Of a stretch of 64,000 nt of DNA, positions 32,303 through 41,519 are shown in pieces. Both the position numbers and the translations under genes were made by a program. The notes beneath the pieces were generated by a model that saw nothing but the letters and a program-made list of their open reading frames with translations, was not told the origin of the DNA and did not search any database. The stretch spans positions 6,057-70,056 of IMG/VR virus record IMGVR_UViG_3300011113_000202; one strand, given 5' to 3'. The stretch comes from a virus. The number at the start of each line of letters is the position of its first letter. Position 1 is the first letter of the stretch.

Positions 32303-32867
32303 TCAGCCACAAATAATTTGTGCTATTGATGCTAGTACCAATAGTATTGCTTTTGCATTTTACTCATACAAAAACATAACTCAATATGGAAAAATAAACT
32401 TTGATGGTGGAAACATATACGAAAAGGTTATAGACGCTACTGCAAAGGTAAAAGCATTTTTTGAAATGTATAATAAAACAGAAGCCATAGTAATTGAGCA
32501 TACAGTATTTATGAATAGCCCAAAAACCGCAGCAGATCTTGCCTTGGTTCAAGGTGCAATACTTGGTGGCGCAGGTCTTGCTGGAGTAAAAATTATTGGC
32601 AGGGTATCTCCAATAACATGGCAGTCATATTTAGGAAATAAAAAATTAAGTAAAGAAGAACAGTTACAAATAAGATCCCTTAATCCAGGAAAGTCTGATT
32701 CTTGGTACAAATCCTATGAAAGAAATTTTAGAAAGCAAAGAACAATTAAATTGTTAGATGTGATTTATGACAAGAAAATAGAAGATAATGATGTGGCAGA
32801 TGCAGCAGGTATTGGGCATTGGGCTGTCAATAACTGGGATAAAGCAGTTAAATTTGACAAGGAGTAG
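32286..32867 (+). CDS. ruvC: RuvC-like Holliday junction resolvase
   Basis: CAIDAS, IVIEH, DNDVADAAGIG. Confidence 0.8.
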   Translation: MSKTTNQPQIICAIDASTNSIAFAFYSYKNITQYGKINFDGGNIYEKVIDATAKVKAFFEMYNKTEAIVIEHTVFMNSPKTAADLALVQGAILGGAGLAGVKIIGRVSPITWQSYLGNKKLSKEEQLQIRSLNPGKSDSWYKSYERNFRKQRTIKLLDVIYDKKIEDNDVADAAGIGHWAVNNWDKAVKFDKE

Positions 32868-32869
32868 TC

Positions 32870-33025
32870 ATGGGTGCTAAACTATACACAAGCGAGTCTT
32901 GGCTTCGTAAAAGGTATTTTATTGACAAAAAGACTCCACAAGAAATAGCAAAGGAGTGTGGGGCAAGCGTAGAAACAATTTACGTTTACCTTGCAAAATT
33001 TGGATTAAGGAAGTCAAAACGATGA
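32870..33025 (+). CDS. Small HTH protein (51 aa, not in ORF track)
   Basis: MGAKLYTSESWLRKRYFIDKKTPQEIAKECGASVETIYVYLAKFGLRKSKR; AAGGAG RBS; ATGA overlap with next gene. Confidence 0.75.
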   Translation: MGAKLYTSESWLRKRYFIDKKTPQEIAKECGASVETIYVYLAKFGLRKSKR

Positions 33026-33273
33026 GCGATAAATTTAATATTATTGTAGATCAGGTAAACCACCCTATGCACTACACGTCAGATCCTTCTGGTGTTGAAT
33101 GTATTCAAATAACACGTCATCGTAATTTTAATATTGGTAATGCCTTTAAATATCTATGGAGGGCAGGACTAAAGAATGAAGAAACTCATACTGAAGATTT
33201 AAAGAAAGCAATTTTTTATATTCAAGATGAGATTAACAGAATAGAAGGCAAATATGGCAGATACCGAGATTGA
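33022..33273 (+). CDS. DUF3310/SaV-like protein
   Basis: DQVNHPMHY..GVECI..GNAFKYLWRAGLK..EDLKKAIFYI. Confidence 0.85.
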   Translation: MSDKFNIIVDQVNHPMHYTSDPSGVECIQITRHRNFNIGNAFKYLWRAGLKNEETHTEDLKKAIFYIQDEINRIEGKYGRYRD

Positions 33274-33793
33274 ACTTGTCAAACACCTTGACGAAGTAAA
33301 TAAGGTAGTTGAAGAATATCTAAAAGGTAATGATCCCACAAGAATATCAAAAGAACTTGATATTCCAAGAACTCGTGTAGTTGCTCATCTTAATGAGTGG
33401 AGAGTAATGGCATCTGCTAATGATGCTATTCGTGCTCGTGCTAAAGAAGCACTTGTTGGTGCAGATGCACATTACACAAAACTAATTCAGCAAGCATATG
33501 AAGTTATAGAAGATGCAAGCACTACTGCAAACCTTAGTGCAAAAACAACTGCAATTAAACTTGTTATGGATATTGAAGCAAGACGAATTGATATGTTGCA
33601 AAAGGCTGGTCTATTAGAAAATAAAGAACTAGCAGAAGAAATGGTTGAGATTGAAAAGCGTCAAGAGGTATTGGTAGGAATTCTTCGTGATATTGCATCC
33701 GAGCATCCAGAGGTTAGAGACTTAATTATGTCTAGATTATCTACAATAGCCAGAGAGGGCGAGGTAATTACAATTGTCCACGATGTTCAATGA
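33254..33793 (+). CDS. Putative terminase small subunit
   Basis: N-terminal HTH, helical, overlaps the terL start. Confidence 0.6.
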   Translation: MADTEIELVKHLDEVNKVVEEYLKGNDPTRISKELDIPRTRVVAHLNEWRVMASANDAIRARAKEALVGADAHYTKLIQQAYEVIEDASTTANLSAKTTAIKLVMDIEARRIDMLQKAGLLENKELAEEMVEIEKRQEVLVGILRDIASEHPEVRDLIMSRLSTIAREGEVITIVHDVQ

Positions 33794-35555
33794 TTTCTTA
33801 GATGTTCTAAGAGATGAGCAGTTTGAAGAAGTTCCAGTAGATGTAAAAACATTTGTTGAGTCACCTGACTATTTGGGACAACCACCTCTTTCTGCTATTC
33901 AATATGACATTGTTGAGGCAATGAGCCAGATCTATAAGAAACCAGATTTGCAAAATCTTTTAGGAATGGATGTAGGAGCAAAGCACTATGACAAATATAC
34001 AAAGAACGAAATTATTCTTCAACTTGGGAAGGGCAGTGGGAAGGACCATACCTCTACTGTTGCCTGTGCTTATATTGTATATAAGTTACTATGTCTTAAA
34101 GACCCTGCTAGATACTTTGGTAAGCCGTCGGGAGATGCAATAGATATTATTAACGTGGCTGTAAACGCAGAGCAGGCTAAAAATGTTTTCTTTAAAGGAT
34201 TTAAAAACAAGGTTGAAAAGTCTCCATGGTTTGCAGGAAAGTATGATCCAAAAGTTAACTCTATTGGTTTTAATAAATCAATTACAGTTTATTCTGGACA
34301 CTCTGAACGTGAATCACATGAGGGTCTAAACCTTTTTATGGCAGTACTAGATGAGATTTCTGGTTTTGCATCTGAGGTTGGAACAGGAAATGATCAAGGT
34401 AAAACTGCAGAAAACTTGTATAAAGCATTTAGAGGAACAGTAGATTCTCGTTTTCCTGATTTGGGTAAAGTAGTTCTTCTTTCATTCCCACGCTATGCTG
34501 GTGATTTTATTTCAAAGCGGTATGAAGATGTAATTATGGAAAAAGAAACAGTAGAACGCAGACATACATTTACCATTAATGAAGAATTGCCAGAAGGACC
34601 AGATAATGAATTTGAGATTGTTTGGGAAGAAGATCACATAATTTCATACAAATACCCCAGAATGTTTGCACTAAAAAGACCCACATGGGAAGTAAACCCT
34701 ACTCGTAAAATAGAAGATTTCAAGATTGCATTTTTAACGGACATGGGTGATGCAATGATGCGTTTTCTATGTACACCTACATATTCATCAGATTCATTTT
34801 TTAAGCAAAGAGATAAATTAGAAAGATGTATGACCCTAAGAAATCCTATAGATTCTCACAGGAGATTTGACTTGTCTTTTAAGCCAGATCCTGATAAGAT
34901 ATATTATGTACATGCTGACTTGGCACAAAAACATGATAAGTGTGCTGTTGCTATAGCGCATGTAGATAAATGGGTAAACGTACAGGTAATAAAAGATTAC
35001 GAGCAGGTTGCACCTATCGTAGTTGTTGATGCCGTTGCATGGTGGGAGCCAAAGGTAGAAGGACCTGTAAATTTATCTGAAGTAAAAAACTGGATAATAA
35101 ATCTTCGTAGAGAGGGATTTAATATCGGAATGGTGACATTTGATAGATGGCAGTCGTTTGATATTCAACAGGAATTAAAAGCCGTTGGAATGAGAACTGA
35201 TACTGTCTCTGTTGCAAAAAAACACTATGAAGATCTTGCTATGATGATTTATGAAGAAAGAATTGCTATGCCTATGATTCCTTTGCTTCTTGACGAAATG
35301 GCTGAACTTAAGATTATGAAAAATAATCGTGTTGACCATCCACGCAAGAAATCTAAGGACTTGGCTGATGCCGTCTGTGGGGCGGTATTTGGAGCAATAT
35401 CACATACCAGTAGGGACTCTAATCTTGAGATTGAGGTTCATACATGGGCTTCTGCTAGTCGACTTGCACAAAAGAACAAGTCTATGGTAGAATTGGAAAC
35501 TAGGGAAATACCTAACGATGTTAGAGATTTCCTAACAGAATATAAACTAATATAA
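33774..35555 (+). CDS. terL: Terminase large subunit
   Basis: Walker A GKGSGKD, Walker B AVLDE, nuclease HADLAQKHD..FDRWQS..KDLADA. Confidence 0.9.
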   Translation: MSTMFNDFLDVLRDEQFEEVPVDVKTFVESPDYLGQPPLSAIQYDIVEAMSQIYKKPDLQNLLGMDVGAKHYDKYTKNEIILQLGKGSGKDHTSTVACAYIVYKLLCLKDPARYFGKPSGDAIDIINVAVNAEQAKNVFFKGFKNKVEKSPWFAGKYDPKVNSIGFNKSITVYSGHSERESHEGLNLFMAVLDEISGFASEVGTGNDQGKTAENLYKAFRGTVDSRFPDLGKVVLLSFPRYAGDFISKRYEDVIMEKETVERRHTFTINEELPEGPDNEFEIVWEEDHIISYKYPRMFALKRPTWEVNPTRKIEDFKIAFLTDMGDAMMRFLCTPTYSSDSFFKQRDKLERCMTLRNPIDSHRRFDLSFKPDPDKIYYVHADLAQKHDKCAVAIAHVDKWVNVQVIKDYEQVAPIVVVDAVAWWEPKVEGPVNLSEVKNWIINLRREGFNIGMVTFDRWQSFDIQQELKAVGMRTDTVSVAKKHYEDLAMMIYEERIAMPMIPLLLDEMAELKIMKNNRVDHPRKKSKDLADAVCGAVFGAISHTSRDSNLEIEVHTWASASRLAQKNKSMVELETREIPNDVRDFLTEYKLI

Positions 35556-35573
35556 AAGAAAACAAGGAGAAAA

Positions 35574-36725
35574 ATGAATTCATTTAAGAAGATTGCGCTT
35601 GTATTGGCTGCAGCCCTTACTGGCTCGGTATTCGCAATTCCATCGGCTAACGCTGCACCTATGTCTGTCGCTTTGACAGTCAACGGATCTGCACCTGCAA
35701 CCGCTGGTACTTCTACAACTACTGCAGTTGAACTTCCAGTTCCTGCTGATAACTCTGTAGACGCTGCTGATGCCCTCAAGTTTGTTGTTACTGTAGATAC
35801 AGGAACAGCAGTTACTGTGTCCGCAACAAACGCATCTATTATTCTTGCAACAGCAACTGCTGCTGCACCAGTAACCGCATCTAGCGGTTCTGCATCATCA
35901 ACAATTGCAACAGGAACTGGCATAACTGCTACATTCTTTGTCTTTACAAAGACTACTGCAGTAGGAACAGTTTCTATTACAAATCAAGGTGAAACCAAAG
36001 TTTATTATGTACAAGGTGCAGTCGGAAAGATCAATGATATTTCGGTATCAGGTCTTGATGTTGGCGCTTCAGGTACACAAGTAACTTTGACTGTAACTGC
36101 CAAAGACGTATTTGGTAACAAGGTTTCTGGAAAGTCAATTACCGCAGTAGTTGCTAACGGAACTCTTGATACTACAACTGCTACAACTGGCGTAGGTCTA
36201 ACAGATTTTGGTACACGTGATTTTAAGGTAACACTTCCAACCGCTGGTTCGGCTGCTGTTATTTTCTCAGTCACAACTGCATCTGATCTTGCAACTGCTG
36301 TAACTGGTTTCAATACCGTTACATCATCTGTTGCAAAGAATATTGCTGTCCGTGATCTTGCTGCAGAACTTGCTGCAATGACTGCTGCAAAGACTGCTGC
36401 CGATGCTGCTCTAGCAACTGAAAAGGCTGCTCGTGCTGCTGATGCTGCAACCGCTAAGGCTGCTGCTGATGCTGCTGCTGCAACTGCTGCTGCTGATCTA
36501 GTTAAGGCTAATGCAGAAATTGCAACGCTAAAGGCTAATGCAGTTATTGCTAAGGCTGCTGCTGATAAGGCTCTTGCTGATGCATCTGCTGCACACGCTG
36601 CAGAACTTGCTAAGGTAAAGGCTGATAATGATGTAGCACTAAAGGCTGTAAAAGATGCTTTCAACTCACTTGCAAAGAAGTGGAATGCAAAGAATCCAAA
36701 GGCTAAAGTTGCTTTAGTTAAGTAA
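35574..36725 (+). CDS. Secreted Ala/Thr-rich surface protein (Ig-like, Ala-rich coiled coil)
   Basis: Signal peptide MNSFKKIALVLAAALTG..ANA; Ig-like TVTAKDVFGNKVSG; basic C-terminus. Confidence 0.7.
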   Translation: MNSFKKIALVLAAALTGSVFAIPSANAAPMSVALTVNGSAPATAGTSTTTAVELPVPADNSVDAADALKFVVTVDTGTAVTVSATNASIILATATAAAPVTASSGSASSTIATGTGITATFFVFTKTTAVGTVSITNQGETKVYYVQGAVGKINDISVSGLDVGASGTQVTLTVTAKDVFGNKVSGKSITAVVANGTLDTTTATTGVGLTDFGTRDFKVTLPTAGSAAVIFSVTTASDLATAVTGFNTVTSSVAKNIAVRDLAAELAAMTAAKTAADAALATEKAARAADAATAKAAADAAAATAAADLVKANAEIATLKANAVIAKAAADKALADASAAHAAELAKVKADNDVALKAVKDAFNSLAKKWNAKNPKAKVALVK

Positions 36726-36743
36726 TTAATACTTAAAAGATAG

Positions 36744-36770
36744 GGCGGGATTTAAATATCCCGCCTTTTT
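36744..36770 (+). terminator. Rho-independent terminator
   Basis: GGCGGGAT/ATCCCGCC stem followed by TTTTT. Confidence 0.8.
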
Positions 36771-36826
36771 CTTTTGCAATAAAATGGTATAATTAACTAT
36801 ATAATTACATATATAAGGGAGATAAA

Positions 36827-38365
36827 ATAAGTAAAATCCTACGCATAATTGCAGTGGTGGGGATTTTATTTGCAAGCATTGGTTTTCCAAACAATGCGTA
36901 TGCAGACTGTGTTAACTATCTTCAATCTCAAACTATAGCAGCAGCCTATGAAGGCGACGCAGAACCTACAGTTCATACAATGGATACCTGTGGTGGAGAC
37001 GATACTTCTTATCAAATACCAATAGCAACAACAATTACATTTGATGGTGTTCAATATTCAAATATCTATGCTACAACTAACTCTGTAATTACATTTGGCA
37101 ATCCAGATAATACATATTGGGCTTATCCATCTACCCCATCTATTTCTTTATATTCTATGGACTGGGTTTCAGGCTGGTATGCTGCACAAGATACTTTAAA
37201 TATATCTTATTCTGAAGGTGGATTTCAGTTAGATCTTGAAGTAATACCGTTTGGAAACTGGAATGCACCAGTAAGTAATATTAATATTCTTGTAGCAATT
37301 ACAAATACTGGTGGAATATCTGTAGCATACAGTTATCAAGGACCAGAATATTGTTGCTTAAGAACTGGTGTTAGATTACATGATGGTTCTATTGTTTCAT
37401 TAGAAGCATGGGGAGCAACACAAATACAACCAGGATCCGCTACACCAACATTAGCGCCAGAACCAGTTGTAGTTGGACCAACACAAGAACAACTAGCAGT
37501 TCAAGAAGAAATGCGTGTAACTGCTAACTTAATTGCAAATGCTATTGCTAGTTTACAAAATGAACCTGATCCAGAGCCAACTCCTGTGCAAACTGAACCA
37601 GCCGAACCCACTCCAACTCCAACGCCTGAAACAACTTCTGAACCAGAACCAACTCCAACTCCTGAGCCATCGCCCACTGTTGAGCCTTCACCAGAGCCTT
37701 CACCTCAGCCAACGGATATAGATCCAACCCCAGAGCCATCACCTGAGCCAACTCCAATTGAACCTTCTCCAGAACCATCGCCTTTGCCATCTCCTGATAT
37801 TACCACAGATCCAGAAATAGTTGTAGTTGAACCAGAAATAGTTACACCAGAAGATCCTAGATTTCCAGATGAAGATATTGTAATTCCAGTTCCAGATAAA
37901 ACAGAAAACTCAGAAGTATCTGAAGATATGTCAAGATTACTTGCAGATCTTACTAGTTCACAAACACTTGCAGCATTAAGTCCAGAGCAAAAGGCTGCAG
38001 TAGCCTCAACACTTGGTATTAAATCTAGTGAAGTAGCGGTAGTGGCAGAATTGGCAAAATCAAATGAAGCAGTAGCAACAGCACTAGAAGAGTTTGGTAG
38101 CAGAGCAAATGAAAATCTAGAGGCACCTATGCCCTATACTCTTGCAGATGCTGTAACAGAGGTTCAGGCAGAAAAATTATTAGAAGATCCAGTAGGGGCA
38201 ATTGCAGCGGTATTTACAAATATTGACCTAGAAAAAATAACAAGTCCATCTGAGTGGGGCAAAGACATGACAGATGATCAAAGAGAAAAGGTTCAAGAAG
38301 TTATTATTCCAGTAATTCTGGTTTCTAACATTATTAGTTCTGTTATGTCAACAAGGAGGATATAA
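36827..38365 (+). CDS. Secreted/membrane protein with beta domain and Pro-Glu-Thr linker (start ATA 36827 or GTG 36854)
   Basis: Signal peptide; PEPTP repeats; hydrophobic C-terminus; promoter TGGTATAAT 36785-36793. Confidence 0.65.
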   Translation: MSKILRIIAVVGILFASIGFPNNAYADCVNYLQSQTIAAAYEGDAEPTVHTMDTCGGDDTSYQIPIATTITFDGVQYSNIYATTNSVITFGNPDNTYWAYPSTPSISLYSMDWVSGWYAAQDTLNISYSEGGFQLDLEVIPFGNWNAPVSNINILVAITNTGGISVAYSYQGPEYCCLRTGVRLHDGSIVSLEAWGATQIQPGSATPTLAPEPVVVGPTQEQLAVQEEMRVTANLIANAIASLQNEPDPEPTPVQTEPAEPTPTPTPETTSEPEPTPTPEPSPTVEPSPEPSPQPTDIDPTPEPSPEPTPIEPSPEPSPLPSPDITTDPEIVVVEPEIVTPEDPRFPDEDIVIPVPDKTENSEVSEDMSRLLADLTSSQTLAALSPEQKAAVASTLGIKSSEVAVVAELAKSNEAVATALEEFGSRANENLEAPMPYTLADAVTEVQAEKLLEDPVGAIAAVFTNIDLEKITSPSEWGKDMTDDQREKVQEVIIPVILVSNIISSVMSTRRI

Positions 38366-38372
38366 TACGATT

Positions 38373-38738
38373 ATGGACAAATTTAAAACTATCTTATCAA
38401 AGATGCCCAAGGTAAAGGTTAAACTACCCAAAGTAAAGGTTAATCTACCTAAGCCTAACCTTAAACCATGGCTTGAGAAACTAAAGCCATATATGTCAAA
38501 GGTATGGAAAGTCCTAAAGAAGGCTCCAGAATGGGGTTTAAAGGCTCTAAAAGGCTTTATAGGCTGGTTTGGTAAGGCTATCAAGGAAAGCATTGCCCAG
38601 GTATGGACATTACTAGGTTTCTTTATTGCTTGGCTTACTTTAACTGGTACCGCCCAACAAATCGTAGGTTTGGCTACTATTTTGGCTACTATTTTGTGGC
38701 TTGTCACCATTCCATTAAGGGAAGAAAAAGAAGAATAA
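38373..38738 (+). CDS. Membrane protein (2 TM)
   Basis: Basic N-terminus and two hydrophobic helices; TATAAT 6 nt before ATG. Confidence 0.65.
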   Translation: MDKFKTILSKMPKVKVKLPKVKVNLPKPNLKPWLEKLKPYMSKVWKVLKKAPEWGLKALKGFIGWFGKAIKESIAQVWTLLGFFIAWLTLTGTAQQIVGLATILATILWLVTIPLREEKEE

Positions 38739-38757
38739 ACTTGGTATAATGGTGGGT

Positions 38758-38949
38758 ATGCTAAGGATATTCGGGGTAGTCCTTCTTGGGCTAATACTTT
38801 CAGGTTGTGGCTATGATGGCCATTATCGTTATCCCTGTCAGGATCCAATGAATTGGGAAAAAGCGGAGTGTAAGCCCCCTATATGTACTGCTGCGGGTGC
38901 ATGTCCAGAAGATTTATTAGAAATAAAGAAAGAAGAGAGCAATGGCTAA
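38758..38949 (+). CDS. Small lipoprotein
   Basis: Lipobox LSGC plus four more Cys; TATAAT 7 nt before ATG. Confidence 0.7.
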   Translation: MLRIFGVVLLGLILSGCGYDGHYRYPCQDPMNWEKAECKPPICTAAGACPEDLLEIKKEESNG

Positions 38950-39352
38950 AGACAGACTAACACCTCAAGATTTAGATGCAAGACTTAAATTTATTTTAGG
39001 AATAACCTTGGGATCAATTTTATTTTTAACATCAGTAGGAATTATGTATGCTTTAATATTTGTTACACAACCGATTACAGGACAATCAGAAAATGATAAA
39101 ATGTTTTTTAATGTTCTTGGTAGCGTTGCAACATTTATTACAGGAACACTTGCTGGTTTATTGATTGGTAATTCTGGTGCTAAAGACATTATGCAGGCAC
39201 AAGTAGAAAACAAAAAAGTAGATTCAGAAATTAGAATGGCAGAAGATAAACTTGATGCAGAACTTGATGAAGTTAGAGCAAGACTTGCTAAAAAGCCAGA
39301 TGGCGCTATGCCAGAAGAGCAGCCAGTAGATACTGATTGGGATAAGGATTAA
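38942..39352 (+). CDS. Holin-like 2-TM protein
   Basis: Two TM helices; directly upstream of the endolysin. Confidence 0.55.
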   Translation: MAKDRLTPQDLDARLKFILGITLGSILFLTSVGIMYALIFVTQPITGQSENDKMFFNVLGSVATFITGTLAGLLIGNSGAKDIMQAQVENKKVDSEIRMAEDKLDAELDEVRARLAKKPDGAMPEEQPVDTDWDKD

Positions 39353-39354
39353 TC

Positions 39355-39945
39355 ATGGCAGAAATGGGAACAGCAGAAAAATTAATTGAAGTAGCCAAGG
39401 GTGAAGTTGGAACTATTGAAGGTCCGAAAGATAATGAAACTAAATATGGTAAATTTGCTAAGGCCAATTTTCAACCATGGTGTGGTTCATTTGTTATGTG
39501 GTGTGCAAATGAGGCAGGCGTAAAGGTTCCCAATACTGTTTATACTCCAAGTGGTGCTGCTGCATTTAAGAAAGCAGGCTCATGGATTGATGGAGACTTA
39601 GCAGATCCAGAACCAGGAGATATCGCCTATTTTGATTTCCCATCAGACGGTGTCGATAGAATTTCCCACGTAGGTATTGTTATTGAAGATAATGGCGATG
39701 GTACTGTTTGGTGCATTGAAGGAAACACATCTTCAAATAAAAAGGGAAGTCAGAGAAATGGTGGAGAGGTTTGTAAGCAACTCCGTGCCTATAAGAAAAA
39801 TAAAAAAAATATTTTTATTTCAATTGTAGGATTTGGTAGACCTAAATTTGCTGGACAAAAATCTATTGCAAAAAAGGCTGAAAATCCACAGATTAAAGCA
39901 GCAATAGAATTATTAAAATCAAATGGATATAAAATAACAAAATAA
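39355..39945 (+). CDS. Endolysin, CHAP domain
   Basis: QPWCGSFVMWC, PGDIAYF, SHVGIV, IEGNT. Confidence 0.88.
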   Translation: MAEMGTAEKLIEVAKGEVGTIEGPKDNETKYGKFAKANFQPWCGSFVMWCANEAGVKVPNTVYTPSGAAAFKKAGSWIDGDLADPEPGDIAYFDFPSDGVDRISHVGIVIEDNGDGTVWCIEGNTSSNKKGSQRNGGEVCKQLRAYKKNKKNIFISIVGFGRPKFAGQKSIAKKAENPQIKAAIELLKSNGYKITK

Positions 39946-39985
39946 TAAACTTGCAAAATTTAGTGATAGGTGGTAAACTAGAAAC

Positions 39986-40750
39986 ATGCCAATTGATTTT
40001 AGTACATTTTCAGAAATAAACATTTCTGCTAAAAAATATGGAAACATAGAAATTGTTCCAGAATATAGAGATGGTTTATTAGTTCCAATAAAATATTCAA
40101 TATATGAAGATAACAATTTATGGATGGAATATGATAATTTAGGGTTTTATAGCATTAAGCAACTTTATTCGTTTTATGATATTGCTAATGGAGATGTACT
40201 ACTATCTGGTTTAGGATTTGGAATTATTCCAGTTTGGCTATTAAATAAAAAAGAAGTAAAGTCAATAACAGTTGTAGAAAAAAATAAAAACATCATAGAT
40301 TTATTTAAAGAATCAAACAATATTGAAAATATTAATATTATAAATGATGATATAAGAAATTATAAAACCACAAAAAAATATAACTTTGTTGGTTTAGATC
40401 ATTATGAATTAGAAAGTCAAGAATATATAATTGAAGATTCAATAAATATATTAAAAAATATACAACATGATAGTTTTTGGATTTGGTCTTTAGAAAAAAT
40501 ATACTTAAAAATGTCTTATGATTTTAGTGAAATAAATAAAAACCCTTATAAAAATTTATCTGATTTTGATTATTTTTTTACATTTTATAAAGAAGATATT
40601 GTTTCTGAATGGAAAAATTTTGTAAATAAAAACTTTCCAAATAATTATTTTATCAAAAATATAGATGTTGATAAAGTAAAAGAATATATATATACTTTTT
40701 ATTCTAGAAATAATCTTATTGATAAATATAAAGATATAAATAAGGAATAG
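39986..40750 (+). CDS. Class I SAM-dependent methyltransferase-like protein
   Basis: VLLSGLGFG..ITVVEKN..IINDDI; very AT-rich; TTGCAA-17-TAAACT promoter. Confidence 0.65.
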   Translation: MPIDFSTFSEINISAKKYGNIEIVPEYRDGLLVPIKYSIYEDNNLWMEYDNLGFYSIKQLYSFYDIANGDVLLSGLGFGIIPVWLLNKKEVKSITVVEKNKNIIDLFKESNNIENINIINDDIRNYKTTKKYNFVGLDHYELESQEYIIEDSINILKNIQHDSFWIWSLEKIYLKMSYDFSEINKNPYKNLSDFDYFFTFYKEDIVSEWKNFVNKNFPNNYFIKNIDVDKVKEYIYTFYSRNNLIDKYKDINKE

Positions 40751-40758
40751 GATAAAGC

Positions 40759-41292
40759 ATGACCTGCATAGTCGCCGTAAAAGATAAAATAGACAACAAA
40801 ATCTGGATGGCTGGTGATCGTGGTATTTCAGATGACAACTCTATTAGTGTTGGATCAAGTCCAAAGATTTGGAAAAAAGAAGGCTATCTGTTTGGATATG
40901 CTGGATCAATGGATGGAGATAGAATAAGACACTTATTTGTACCGCCAGAATTTGAAGGTCGTGGCAGTATTGATAAATTTATGTATAGTAGATTTTTAAA
41001 AGCCTTAAGAAAATTTTATGAAGAGTGGTGGGTTGATACATCTCCATCCGCTGATTTTGGTATGATCATTTGTGTTCGTGGCAAAATATATGAACATAGT
41101 TCTGGAGATATGTCACTAACCCAATATGAACAAGATTATTTAACAATGGGTTCTGGTGGAGATATTGCATTAGGCTCACTTTATGCTACACAAAAAACAA
41201 AAGATACACGAAAAAGAGCAGCAGCAGCGGTTCAGGCTGCTATTAATCACTCCCCATCTTGCAAAGGCCCTATTGACATTCTGAGCATTTAG
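40759..41292 (+). CDS. HslV/proteasome-beta-like Ntn hydrolase
   Basis: N-terminal Thr (MTCIVAV), AGDR, FGYAGS, GSGG..ALGSL. Confidence 0.75.
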   Translation: MTCIVAVKDKIDNKIWMAGDRGISDDNSISVGSSPKIWKKEGYLFGYAGSMDGDRIRHLFVPPEFEGRGSIDKFMYSRFLKALRKFYEEWWVDTSPSADFGMIICVRGKIYEHSSGDMSLTQYEQDYLTMGSGGDIALGSLYATQKTKDTRKRAAAAVQAAINHSPSCKGPIDILSI

Positions 41293-41307
41293 GTATATAC
41301 TAAATAT

Positions 41308-41511
41308 ATGAATCATATGCACGAAGAAGATCTAACTCCAGAAGATCAGGAGTTTGGTATTTGGCTACAAAACGGTATTGAAAGAGGTTGGGTAACAGAA
41401 CCTTTTTGTAATACTCATGATGGTGGCTATCAATATATGAGTGAAGAAGAGTTAGAAGAATGGGAAGCAGGAGGCGACCCATGCCAACACGTCATTAGAA
41501 TAATGATATAA
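41308..41511 (+). CDS. Hypothetical protein
   Basis: WLQNGIERGWV..CNTHDG..GGDPC; TATACT 6 nt before ATG. Confidence 0.65.
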   Translation: MNHMHEEDLTPEDQEFGIWLQNGIERGWVTEPFCNTHDGGYQYMSEEELEEWEAGGDPCQHVIRIMI

Positions 41512-41519
41512 GGAGAGCA

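Noticed and set aside
22965-35555. Inteins or introns in DnaB, DnaE, RecA or TerL
   Set aside because: Lengths are normal, frames are continuous, and no intein splice motifs were seen
37560-37860. DNA tandem repeats as a CRISPR or VNTR element
   Set aside because: Degenerate codon repeats encoding a PEPTP/PEPSP linker
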